Source of the DNA: an uncultured Gaiellaceae bacterium
Lineage (GTDB): Bacteria; Actinomycetota; Thermoleophilia; Gaiellales; Gaiellaceae
Length of the DNA stretch: 64,000 nt
NCBI GenBank assembly: GCA_963712865.1
Contig: CAVQJO010000013.1
Location: forward strand, 190,603-254,602
Direction of reading: 5' to 3'
Shown in pieces: positions 1 to 8,992 of the stretch (position 1 is its first letter; each line of letters opens with the position of its first letter). The notes beneath the pieces are model-generated. The model did no database searches, had not been told where the DNA came from, and was given only the letters and a program-made list of their open reading frames with translations. The translations under genes were made by a program, and so were the position numbers.

Positions 1-2
1 AG

Positions 3-401
3 GAGTCGTCCAATCTGCTCAGCTACCTGCTGCGCTGGGACCTCGACCCCTGGATGTTCCATCAGGCCAATCTGCGCGCGTACGACGGCAGTCGCAGCCT
101 GCTCGGAGACCTGCTCGATGCGACGTTCGCCAAGTACAGGGCCGTCTACAACCTGCCGGTCCGGAACCTCGCGCAGCACGACGCCGGCGTCCTCATGGCG
201 CGGCGCATGGCGTACGACGGCTCCGGTGTGACGGGCGTCCTCGTTCCGTGCGCCTCGGTGACTCTCAGGGCGCCGCGGGCGGCGATCATCCCGGTCACCG
301 GCCTCTCCGCCGAGTCGACGGAGATCTACGGCGGGGAGTCGATCTCCCAGGTCCAGCTCGCCGCAAACGCGCCACGGACGCTCGCGGCACCGGCGTGCTG
401 A
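3..401 (+). CDS. 3' end of a gene truncated by the window edge; hypothetical, possibly a polysaccharide-modifying enzyme of the adjoining EPS locus
   Basis: Frame open from nt 3 (ESSNLLSYLLRWDLDPWMFHQANLRAYDG...). Strong G/C at third codon positions. Stop TGA 399-401 lies 4 nt before the next start. I cannot assign a motif with confidence. Confidence 0.5.
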   Translation, partial: ESSNLLSYLLRWDLDPWMFHQANLRAYDGSRSLLGDLLDATFAKYRAVYNLPVRNLAQHDAGVLMARRMAYDGSGVTGVLVPCASVTLRAPRAAIIPVTGLSAESTEIYGGESISQVQLAANAPRTLAAPAC

Positions 402-405
402 GGCG

Positions 406-3400
406 ATGAGCGCGGTCGCCACACCCGACCTTCACGCACCGAGCGCGCCGGTCGCGAGCGAGCGCCCGGCGCCGGGGGCGCGGACGCGCGTCCTTCTCGT
501 CACGGAGGGGACCTACCCGTTCCACTGGGGCGGCGTCAGCACGTGGTGCCACGCACTGACGCACGGGCTGCCCGACGTCGACTTCACCCTGGTTGCGCTC
601 GCCCGCGATCCCCTCGCCGAACGCCGGTTCGAGCTTGCTCCGAACGTCGTCGACTTCCGGGCCATCCCTCTCTGGGGGGTGCACAACGCCTGGGAGCTAG
701 GGCCGGACCGAAGTCTCGCTACCGCGCGCAGGCGCATCCGCGCCAGCGGGAACGAAGCCCTCTCCGCAGACTTCATCCCGCCGCTGGCGACCGTGGTGCG
801 CGAGTTTCTCGGGGCTTCCCGTGACGACGTCGAGCTTGCAGAGGCGATCCAGGCGATCCACCGCTTCCTCCTGCAGCACGACTTCGACGCCGCCTTTCGC
901 TCGCGCGTGGTCTGGGACAGCTTCTGCGCGCACGTCGCGCGCACGTTTCCACTCGCCGCAGCCCGCCGGGGCTATCCGGCCGCGCAGGCGTCGCTCGCCG
1001 ACGCAACCGTCGGCATGCGGTGGCTCTACCACTGGTTCTTCCCCCTCTCGCAGCCGCTGCCTCGGCCCGACGTCGTCCACACGGCGATGGTCGGCTCGTG
1101 CACGCTGCTTGCCGCGGCGCTCAAGCTCGAGCACGGGACGCCGTTCCTCCTCTCCGAGCACGGCATCTACCTGCGTGAGCGGTATCTCGCCGAGCACACG
1201 TCGAGCGCGAACCTGTTCCGCAAGCTGCTGCTGCTCGGGTTCGCCCGCCGGATGACGGAGCTGAGCTACGCGCTCGCGGACATCGTCTCCCCGTGCTGCG
1301 ACTACAACCGGCGCTGGGAGCTGCGCAACGGCGCGCGGCCCGAGTTGCTCGAGACCGCGTACTACGGCCTCGAGCCGAGGCCGTCGCCGGCCGCCGCCGG
1401 ACCTGCGCGGGGCGGGCCGGTTGTCGTCTGGGCCGGCCGGATCGACCCGCTCAAGGATCTCGAGACGCTCCTGCGTGCGGCGGCTCTCGTGCTCGAAGCG
1501 CGCCCGGACGTGCGCTTTCGGCTCTTCGGCAGCGCTCAGCCCGGCCGCGAGTGGTACCTCCGTCGCTGCCTTGCGCTCCACCGGGAGCTCGCGCTCGGCG
1601 AGTCGGTGAGGTTCGAGGGATTCCGTGACGACACCTCGGACGCGATCGCCCAGGCGGACCTGGTGGTGCTGTCGAGCATCTCCGAGGGGTTCCCCTTCAC
1701 CACCCTCGAGGCGATGCTCTGCGGCAAGCCCGTCGTCGCTACGGCGGTCGGGGGGATCCGTGAGCAGGTGCCGGACTCGTGTGGCATGACGGTCGAGCCG
1801 CGTCAGCCTGCGGCGTTCGCCGAGGCGGTCCTCGCCGTCCTCGACGACCCGGATGGGTACGCGCAACGCAGCCGAGCGGCCCGGGAGCGGGCGGAGTCAC
1901 TGTTCAGCGCGGAGCAGTTCCGCGCCACACACCGCTCATTTTACGAGCGGCTCGGGCACGCCAACGGCAACGGCGCGACCAGCCGCATGCACCTTCGCGT
2001 CGCCTCTCGCGAAGGACCGGTGCCCCAGGGGCCGCCCGAGCACCCGCACCGCCTAGAGGCGCTGGCGAGCGAGCTCGCGGACAGGATCCGCCAACCCATC
2101 GATCCGCTAGAGCTCGCGGCGGTGATCGAGTCGCTCGGGATCACCGACACCGTGGCGCTCGAGCGGTACGGAGCGACCAGCTCGTTCGAGCTTGCGGATT
2201 GGGTCTACGCCGACGTGATGGCCCTCCGGCGGCCTCGCCCCCTCCGTCCGGTCCAGCGCCGGGGGACGGGCAAACGCGACACTCCTGGCCGGGTCGCCGA
2301 TCTCGTGCGCGGCCCGTTCGCGCTCGTGCCGCTGCTCGTTCTCCTGTGCACGATCCAGGCATTCGCCGAGGTGGGCTGGGACAGCGGCCGCCTGTTCGCG
2401 TTGAGCCTCGGCATGACCGCGAGCGTCGCCGTTGCCGGGGCCTTCCTCGGCGGGATCGCACGCCGCGCCGCGCTCTATCTCGGGCTCGGATATCGCGGTC
2501 TCGCGGACCGCCTCCTGACGGTTGCGATTGCCCTCGCAGGGGCTGCGATCACCATCCTCGGCGTTCTCGCCTTCACACTCGCCTCCGCGGTCGGCGCCTT
2601 CGCGGCGGACGAGCGTCTCGTCTTCCTCATCGGGCTCGTCTCGTTCACCGCCGTCGTCCTGTTCGTCGCAAAGCTCTCGGTTGCCGGCGCCACCGGCTGG
2701 GTGTGCCTCGGTCTCGGGACCGGGCTGGGCGCTGCGCTCGCGACCAGGCAGTTCGTCGGCACGGGCACCGGGGCTCAGCTGCTCCTCCCGCTGGCCGTCG
2801 GCGCGGCCGGCGCCCTGACCGTCCTGGCGTGGGCGGCCCGACGGGTCTACGAGGATCGCCGTCCGTCGCCCGCGCTGCCGCCCCGAGCGCCGCTCCTGCT
2901 GGAGGCGCTGCCGTACTTCGCCTTCGTGGGCGCCTTCATGGCCTTCCTGCTCGAGGTGCACGTCTTCGGCTGGTTGGGCGCGCGGCCCGTGGGCATGAGC
3001 CGGCTCGACGCGATCGCTGCGTTCGAGGTCGGACTCACGCTGACCCTGCCGCCCGTGATCCTGGCGAGCGGGGTGGCCGAGCACACGCTGCGCCTGTTCT
3101 GGCTCGAGGCGAGGGAGCAGCAGGACTCGACCTCCGCCCGCCGGAGCCGCCGCTACGGAAAGGCCCTGCAGGGCTTCCACCACCGGCGACTTGCCCTCTA
3201 TCTGGCGACGAGCGCGGCGCTTTCGGTCGCGATGGTTGCGGCGTTCGAGCTCGCCCTGCGCTCGGCGTGGCTCGAAGACCGGGTGACGCTGCCCGACCCG
3301 TCCGCGACTGAGTTCGTCTTCGTCACGGGCGCGGTCGCCTTCTGGCTCGTGGGCTGGGGACAGTTCAACTGCATGTTCCTCGTGAACCTCGCCCGGCCGA

Positions 3401-3591
3401 CGCTCGCAGTCCGGCCGGTCGCGCTCGGGATGGTCGTCGCCGCCGCGACCGGGATCCCGTTGGCGACGGTTGGATTCGAGTACACCGCTCTCGCGTTCGT
3501 CGCCGGCTCGGCCGCCTTCGTCTGGGCCTCGTCCTCCAACTGCCGCGTCGTCCTGGCCGCGGCCGACCACCACTATGCGACGGCGTTCTAG
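406..3591 (+). CDS. PelF-like family-4 glycosyltransferase (DUF3492-type N-domain plus GT4 core) fused to a C-terminal polytopic membrane domain
   Basis: Single uninterrupted 1061-aa ORF. N-terminus LLVTEGTYPFHWGGVSTWCHALTHGLPDVDF resembles PelF/DUF3492. GT4 core SEGFPFTTLEAMLCGKPVVATAVGGIRE. Residues about 620-1061 are mostly hydrophobic helices (10 or more by eye). Confidence 0.85.
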   Translation: MSAVATPDLHAPSAPVASERPAPGARTRVLLVTEGTYPFHWGGVSTWCHALTHGLPDVDFTLVALARDPLAERRFELAPNVVDFRAIPLWGVHNAWELGPDRSLATARRRIRASGNEALSADFIPPLATVVREFLGASRDDVELAEAIQAIHRFLLQHDFDAAFRSRVVWDSFCAHVARTFPLAAARRGYPAAQASLADATVGMRWLYHWFFPLSQPLPRPDVVHTAMVGSCTLLAAALKLEHGTPFLLSEHGIYLRERYLAEHTSSANLFRKLLLLGFARRMTELSYALADIVSPCCDYNRRWELRNGARPELLETAYYGLEPRPSPAAAGPARGGPVVVWAGRIDPLKDLETLLRAAALVLEARPDVRFRLFGSAQPGREWYLRRCLALHRELALGESVRFEGFRDDTSDAIAQADLVVLSSISEGFPFTTLEAMLCGKPVVATAVGGIREQVPDSCGMTVEPRQPAAFAEAVLAVLDDPDGYAQRSRAARERAESLFSAEQFRATHRSFYERLGHANGNGATSRMHLRVASREGPVPQGPPEHPHRLEALASELADRIRQPIDPLELAAVIESLGITDTVALERYGATSSFELADWVYADVMALRRPRPLRPVQRRGTGKRDTPGRVADLVRGPFALVPLLVLLCTIQAFAEVGWDSGRLFALSLGMTASVAVAGAFLGGIARRAALYLGLGYRGLADRLLTVAIALAGAAITILGVLAFTLASAVGAFAADERLVFLIGLVSFTAVVLFVAKLSVAGATGWVCLGLGTGLGAALATRQFVGTGTGAQLLLPLAVGAAGALTVLAWAARRVYEDRRPSPALPPRAPLLLEALPYFAFVGAFMAFLLEVHVFGWLGARPVGMSRLDAIAAFEVGLTLTLPPVILASGVAEHTLRLFWLEAREQQDSTSARRSRRYGKALQGFHHRRLALYLATSAALSVAMVAAFELALRSAWLEDRVTLPDPSATEFVFVTGAVAFWLVGWGQFNCMFLVNLARPTLAVRPVALGMVVAAATGIPLATVGFEYTALAFVAGSAAFVWASSSNCRVVLAAADHHYATAF

Positions 3592-3592
3592 C

Positions 3593-4648
3593 GTGAGCGT
3601 CCGCGAGCAAGCCCCGGCGGAGAAGACGCTGCTCGAGATCGTGGGCCGCTCGAGGCGAGTGCTCGTGACCGGCGGCGCCGGTTTCGTCGGCAGCCATCTC
3701 GCCGAGCGCCTGCTCGCCGAGGGCGACAGCGTCACCGTCCTCGACAACCTTTCCACCGGATCCCTCGAGAACGTCGAGCACCTCCTCGACGAGCAGCGGT
3801 TCACCCTGGTCGGGGGCGACGTCACGGAGCCGAAGCTGGTCGAGGAGCTCGTGGGCGACAGCGACCTCGTCGTCCACCTCGCCGCCGCGGTCGGCGTGAA
3901 GCTGATCCTCGCCGACCCGCTCGGCAGCATCGAGACGAACGTCGTGGGTACCCGCAACGTGCTCTCCGCGGCGGCGAGGGATGGCACGAAGGTGCTCGTC
4001 GCCTCGACGTCAGAGGTCTACGGCAAGGTCGGCCGGATCCCGCAGCAGGAGGAGGACGACGTCATTCTCGGCCCGACCTGCTTCAACCGCTGGTCGTACG
4101 CGGCGGCGAAGATGCTCGACGAGTTCCTGGCGCTCTCGTACTGGACCTTCACGTCCCTGCCGGTCGTCGTCTTCCGGCTCTTCAACACGGTCGGCCCGCG
4201 CCAGAGCGGCGCCTACGGGATGGTCATCCCGCGCTTCGTCGGCGCGGCGGTGCGCGGGCTGCCGCTGCCGGTCTACGGCGACGGTGAGCAGCTCCGCTGC
4301 TTCTTGCACGTGGAGGACGCCGTCGAGGCCATCGTGCGCCTCGCGGACTGCAGCGCCGCGCTCGGCGAGGTCGTCAACGTCGGCTCCGTGGAGCCGGTCG
4401 CCATCCGCGAGCTCGCCGACCGGGTGCTGGCGCAGGTGGGGGAGGGCGCCGTCTCCTATGTTCCATACGAGGAGGCCTTCCCGGAGGGCGGCTTCGAGGA
4501 CATTCGCTGTCGCATTCCCGAGATCTCGAAGATCCGCGCGCTCACGGGCTGGGAGCCGACTCGTTCGCTCGACGACATCCTTGCCGACGTCGTCGCGCAG
4601 TACGCCGCCGCGCCACTGCGGGAGCTCGCGCCCGTGCAGTCCCTGTGA
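3593..4648 (+). CDS. NAD-dependent sugar-nucleotide epimerase/dehydratase (extended SDR; UDP-hexose/UDP-HexNAc 4-epimerase-like)
   Basis: VLVTGGAGFVGSHL Rossmann motif, STSEVYG, YAAAK (YxxxK). GTG 3593 sits just after the upstream stop (ATG 3575 is an alternative). The track ORF start at 3470 overlaps the previous gene and is unlikely. Confidence 0.85.
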   Translation: MSVREQAPAEKTLLEIVGRSRRVLVTGGAGFVGSHLAERLLAEGDSVTVLDNLSTGSLENVEHLLDEQRFTLVGGDVTEPKLVEELVGDSDLVVHLAAAVGVKLILADPLGSIETNVVGTRNVLSAAARDGTKVLVASTSEVYGKVGRIPQQEEDDVILGPTCFNRWSYAAAKMLDEFLALSYWTFTSLPVVVFRLFNTVGPRQSGAYGMVIPRFVGAAVRGLPLPVYGDGEQLRCFLHVEDAVEAIVRLADCSAALGEVVNVGSVEPVAIRELADRVLAQVGEGAVSYVPYEEAFPEGGFEDIRCRIPEISKIRALTGWEPTRSLDDILADVVAQYAAAPLRELAPVQSL

Positions 4649-5733
4649 GAGCCTGTCTCCTCGTCGCCGGCGCCTTCCTCGCGACACTGCTCGCTCCGGC
4701 CGCATCACACGAGCACGCCGCGCGCTGGCTGCCCGCGCCCGGTACGACGTGGCAGTGGCAGCTCACCGTGCCCGTCGACCTGTCCGTCGATGCGCAGGTC
4801 TACGACATCGACGGATTCGACAACTCGGCGCGGGTCGTCGCACGGCTGCACGCGCTGGGGCGCCGCGCCATCTGCTACCTCGACGTCGGTGCCTACGAGG
4901 ACTACCGGCCCGACGCGAGGCGGTTCCCACCATCCGTCCTCGGCAAGCCGAACCCGCTCTGGGAGGGGGAACGGTGGCTCGACATCCGCCGCCTCGACGT
5001 GCTCGCGCCGATCATGCGCGACCGGCTCGACATGTGTCGTGCCAAGGGCTTCGACGGCGTCGAGCTCGACGAGGTCGACGGCTGGTCGAACGACACCGGC
5101 TTTCCGCTCACGGCGGCCGATCAGCTGCGGTACAACCGCTTCCTCGCGCGCGAGGTTCGGGCGCGCGGAATGTCGGCAGGGCTGAAGAACGATCTCGAAC
5201 AGGTGCCGCAGCTCGTCGAGTCGTTCGACTTCGCGATCGACGAGGAATGCTTCCAGTACCGCGAGTGCACCGCCCTGCAGCCGTTCGTGGCGGCGGGAAA
5301 GGCGGTCTTCCACGCCGAGTACCGGCGGGCGCCCGAGGACTTCTGCCCCGTGGCGACGGACCTGGGGCTCTCCTCGATGCAGAAGCGGCTGGTGCTCGAT
5401 GCCTGGCGCGTGTACTGCCGCGCTCCTCGGACGTACGTGCATGCCGCTGAGGCCCTGCCCGACGCAGTGGTGCTGCGGCTCGCTTGCCCGGGTTTCAGCC
5501 CGTGCAGCGGGACGGTGACCCTACGTCCGCCGGCCGCTCCTGCGCCCCTCCTCGCCAGGGCCCGCTTTGTCGTCCCCGCCGGGGCGCAGCGGCCGGTGAA
5601 AGCCGCGCTGACGACGTTCGCACGGACGCTGCTATCGAGCAGGGGTCGACTGCGAGTCGTCGTCGCGGCGGTGACGCAGAACGGCCCTGCGCCGCCGACG
5701 CAAAGTCGGCGGGTCGTCACGCTCGATTACTGA
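4645..5733 (+). CDS. Secreted GH114-type endo-alpha-1,4-polygalactosaminidase
   Basis: Signal peptide MRACLLVAGAFLATLLAPAASH. WQWQL...YDIDGFD...AICYLDVGAYEDYRPD...GERWLDIR...KGFDGVELDEVDGW...GLKNDL...DEECFQYREC...GKAVFHAEY matches the GH114 pattern as I remember it. ATGA-type overlap with the epimerase stop. C-terminal beta-sandwich-like tail. Confidence 0.85.
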   Translation: MRACLLVAGAFLATLLAPAASHEHAARWLPAPGTTWQWQLTVPVDLSVDAQVYDIDGFDNSARVVARLHALGRRAICYLDVGAYEDYRPDARRFPPSVLGKPNPLWEGERWLDIRRLDVLAPIMRDRLDMCRAKGFDGVELDEVDGWSNDTGFPLTAADQLRYNRFLAREVRARGMSAGLKNDLEQVPQLVESFDFAIDEECFQYRECTALQPFVAAGKAVFHAEYRRAPEDFCPVATDLGLSSMQKRLVLDAWRVYCRAPRTYVHAAEALPDAVVLRLACPGFSPCSGTVTLRPPAAPAPLLARARFVVPAGAQRPVKAALTTFARTLLSSRGRLRVVVAAVTQNGPAPPTQSRRVVTLDY

Positions 5734-6866
5734 GGGCGCCGGAGCGTGACGTGCTGCTCGGCGGCGCGTGACGCGAGCGCGGCCTCGAGCGCGGCCACGC
5801 AGCGGGCGTCGAACTGCGTGCCGGAGTGCTTGCGGAGCTCGGCGAGCGCCGCGTCGTGCCCGAGCGGGCCTCGATACGGCCGCGGCTCGACCATGGCGCG
5901 GTAGGCGTCGCACACGGCGACGATCCTCGCGCCGAGCGGGATGTCCTCGCCGGCGAGCCCGTCCGGGTAGCCGGAGCCGTCCCAGCGCTCGTGGCTCGAG
6001 CGGACGAGCGGCAGCACCGGCGCGAGGGAGGCGATCGGGCTCAGGATCTGCTCACCGGCCTGGGGATGAAGCCGCATCACCTCCCACTCGGTCTCGTCGA
6101 GCGGGCCGGGCTTGTTGAGGATCCCCTCCGGGACGTGGATCTTGCCGATGTCGTGCAGAAGCGCCCCGAGCTCGAGCGTCCGCAGTTCGGACTCGGCGAG
6201 CTCGAGCCGGCGGCCGACCGCGAGCGTCAGGTCGCACACCTCTTGCGCGTGCGTGCCGGTGTAGTCGTCCTTCGCCTCGAGCGCGTTCGAGAGCGAGGCG
6301 AGCGTCTCGCGGTAGAGCCGCTGCACCTGCGCGGCGTGCGCGTGCTGGTTGAGGAGCGCGGCCACGTGGCCGGCGAGCAGCTGCGCCACCGCGACGTCGT
6401 CCTCGGAGAACCGCCGGTCGCGCTTGTCGTAGATCTCGAGGAGGCCCCAGGGCCGCGGCGCCGAGCCGAGCGGCAGGATCAGGACGGAGCGCATCCCGAC
6501 CCGCCGGAGCACGAACGCCTCGCCGCGGTCGATGTCGGGGTCGTCGAGCCCGAGCACGCGCGGGACGCCGGTGCGGAGGATCCGCGCCGTCGTCGGGTAG
6601 TCGCTGATGTGGTAGCCGATCTCCCGCTCCAGCACCCAGCCGCCCGGCGCGTAGCCCGCGGTGTCGATGAGCGTGTCGGCGGCGAGCCGCGAGACCGTGC
6701 ACGCGCTCGCGCCGAGGAGCGTGACGAAGCGCATGGCTGCCGCGTCGAGGGTCTCCTGCTCGCCTTCGAGCGCGCCGAGGGCGTCGAAGACGTTCGCCAG
6801 CGCCAGCAACGACGAAGCGGGCCTCAGAGACCATGCGGCGGCAGCGTCGAGTCCTCGAGCGTGCAT
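5727..6866 (-). CDS. GAF domain / HD-GYP domain protein (putative c-di-GMP phosphodiesterase)
   Basis: Intact 379-aa ORF. LHDIGKIHVPEGILNKPGPL...HERWDGSGYPDGL...ARIVAVCDAYRAM is the HD-GYP signature. N-terminal half is GAF-like. Convergent with the GH114 gene (7-nt overlap). Confidence 0.85.
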   Translation of the reverse strand: MHARGLDAAAAWSLRPASSLLALANVFDALGALEGEQETLDAAAMRFVTLLGASACTVSRLAADTLIDTAGYAPGGWVLEREIGYHISDYPTTARILRTGVPRVLGLDDPDIDRGEAFVLRRVGMRSVLILPLGSAPRPWGLLEIYDKRDRRFSEDDVAVAQLLAGHVAALLNQHAHAAQVQRLYRETLASLSNALEAKDDYTGTHAQEVCDLTLAVGRRLELAESELRTLELGALLHDIGKIHVPEGILNKPGPLDETEWEVMRLHPQAGEQILSPIASLAPVLPLVRSSHERWDGSGYPDGLAGEDIPLGARIVAVCDAYRAMVEPRPYRGPLGHDAALAELRKHSGTQFDARCVAALEAALASRAAEQHVTLRRPQ

Positions 6867-6936
6867 CGCGATTTACGCATCGTCTGCCCACGCGAAAACT
6901 TGAGCCGGGGCCGAGATAGGATCGGCTTCGACGCGG

Positions 6937-7356
6937 ATGATCCGACCGGGTTCGTACAACCTTCGGGTGCTCGCGCTTGGCGTGACGACCGCGGGCGGGT
7001 TGGCGATAGGGGTTGCAGCGGCGCTCCTGTGGTACTCCCGCCGAACGAACGAGGGAGGGCCGACGGCGGCTTCGCTTCGCGACGCGAGCCTGGCGATCAT
7101 CGGAGCCGGCATCGGCCTCATGATCGGGAGTGCGCTGACGGGCTTCCTGCTCCGAGCTGCACCGTTCGTGGGCGGTGTCGCAGCTGGGAGCCTCGCCTTC
7201 ATCTTCGCGCTCGTTCCGGTGCTGCTCGTCGCGGTCCCGGATGTCCACGCCGCCGAGGTCGTCCTGGCCGCGCTCATCGCCGGCTTCCCCGTCGTCCTCT
7301 TCGTTCTCGTCGGCGCGCTGGCGGGGTCGATGCTGAGCGATCTCAGGGAGCCGTAG
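6937..7356 (+). CDS. Hypothetical small membrane protein
   Basis: 139-aa ORF with 3-4 hydrophobic helices and GC3-rich codons. Its tail overlaps the convergent add stop by 15 nt. Confidence 0.45.
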   Translation: MIRPGSYNLRVLALGVTTAGGLAIGVAAALLWYSRRTNEGGPTAASLRDASLAIIGAGIGLMIGSALTGFLLRAAPFVGGVAAGSLAFIFALVPVLLVAVPDVHAAEVVLAALIAGFPVVLFVLVGALAGSMLSDLREP

Positions 7357-8375
7357 CCCCGGCGGCCTTGCGGATGAAGCTCGCCTCGTGCCCGCGCTGG
7401 TTCGCTTCGCGGAGCTGATCCTGGCCGTGAGCGCGCCCGATGCGCTCGAGGAGCTCGAGCTCGTCGCGGAGGTGCGTCCGCATCATCTCCGGGCCCGTCC
7501 GTCGCGATCGTGAACGCGACGTCGTGCTCGAGGAACGCGTGGAAGGTCTCGCGCACCGCGGCCTCGTCGGGAAGGGCCTTCGTCAGCAGGTTCGAGGTCG
7601 GGCAGATCTCGAGCACGACGCCGGCCTCGCGGAGCAGCCGCATCAGCTCGGGGTCGCCCGCCGCGAGGATCCCGTGCCCGATCCGGTCGGGCCGCAGGTG
7701 CTCGACGACCTCGCCGATCTCCTCCGCGCCGGTCGCGCCCTCCTCGCCGACGTGGATCGTGACGCCGAGGCCGGCCTCGCGCGCGGCCTCCACCATCGGC
7801 TCGAGGCCGCGGTAGTCGTACCGCTCTCCTCCCGGTCGCGGCCCGGCCACGTCGATGCCGACGATGCCGCGCGAGGCCCAGCTGATCGCCTTCTCGACGA
7901 CGACCTCGTTCTGCCGCTGCGTGAACGTGCGGTCCATCATCAGGATCAGGCCGCAGCGAACCTGGGGGTACTCCATCGAGGCCCGGTCGAGGCCGCGGAC
8001 GGCCGCGAGGATGACGTGGTCGAGGTCACGCTCGCCGCCGCGGTTCCGCTTCATCGGGTTGAAGCGGAGCTCGAGCGTCGTGATGCGCTGCGAGCGGTAG
8101 GCGCCGCCGATGGCGCCGTGGACGGAGCGCTCGACGGCGAGCGGGGAGGACTGGATCAGCTCGGTCCAGTGGTAGATGCGGTCGAGGGCGTCGAGGTTCT
8201 CGACGCCGCGCGCGTCCGAGACGGTGACGAGCGCGTCGAACTCCCAGTAGTCCTTCACGGGCAGCGCGATGCCCTGCTCGTGCGCGAGCGACCAGAGGAT
8301 GTCGGAGGCGACGGAGCCGCCGAGGTGGGTGTGGAGCTCGGCGAGCCCCTCCGTGGACGCCGCGGCGCTGCTCAC
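7342..8375 (-). CDS. add: Adenosine deaminase, one apparent frameshift
   Basis: LAELHTHLGG...HVGEEG...ATDGP motifs. On the minus strand GGGCCC-G-GAGATGATG (about 7490) carries one extra base. Removing it restores TDGPEMMRTHLRDELELLERIG...ASFIRKAAGATAP and stop TGA at 7344-7342. The track ORF 6873..8375 is the out-of-frame read-through. Confidence 0.8.
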
Positions 8376-8992
8376 GGCGTCACGCGCTCGACGAGGTCGC
8401 GGAGCTCGGGCAGGAAGCCCGGATCGATCGTGTGCGGCAAGGGGTACTCGCGGTAGAGCAGGTCGGCGCCGGCCTCCTGGACGAACTGCCGCGCCTGGCG
8501 GCCGTACTGCACGGAGATGACGTCGTCGTAGGTGCCGTGGCCGATCGCGATCGGATGTCCGTCGAGGCCGGTGACGTCGAGCTCGAGGCCCTCCACGACG
8601 GGCAGGAACCCGGAGAGGGCGACGATCGCGGCCGGGCGGGCGGCCGCACCCCGGCCCAGGCCGAGCGCCCAGCTCATCACCGCGCCCTGCGAGAAGCCGC
8701 CCAGCACGATCGGCCGCGGCAGCTCGTCGAGCAGCCCGGACAGGAGCTCGAAGCTCGGCCAGAACGTGTCGTGATCGGGCGTCGGGATGCCCGCGAGGCG
8801 ATACCAGTGCGCGCCTCCCGGTGGCAGCGAGAGCGGCCCGCGCGGCGTCAGGCCGAGCAGCCGCCGCTCGGGATCGAGCTCGTCGAGCAGAGGGAAGAGG
8901 TCGCGCTCGTCGGCGCCGCGGCCGTGGAGGAGGACGAGACTGCCGGCCGGCTCGCCGGCCGCGGGGCGCTGGAGGCGGACTAGGTCCGCCAC
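8372..8992 (-). CDS. Phospholipase/carboxylesterase-family alpha/beta hydrolase
   Basis: LLHGRGADERDL...GGFSQGAVMS (GxSxG)...GHGTYDDV. GTG start at 8992. ATGA overlap with the add start. Confidence 0.75.
   Translation of the reverse strand: MADLVRLQRPAAGEPAGSLVLLHGRGADERDLFPLLDELDPERRLLGLTPRGPLSLPPGGAHWYRLAGIPTPDHDTFWPSFELLSGLLDELPRPIVLGGFSQGAVMSWALGLGRGAAARPAAIVALSGFLPVVEGLELDVTGLDGHPIAIGHGTYDDVISVQYGRQARQFVQEAGADLLYREYPLPHTIDPGFLPELRDLVERVTP

Noticed and set aside
697-3987. Long antisense or alternative-frame ORFs in the track, such as 697..1866(-), 1779..3311(+) and 2107..3987(-). Comparable ones occur elsewhere: 28679..30538(-), 48087..49781(-), 49625..51178(-).
   Set aside because: Their translations are Arg/Pro/Ala/Gly-rich low-complexity strings typical of off-frame reading of very GC-rich genes. 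They fully overlap ORFs with clear family signatures. They lack the G/C third-position bias.
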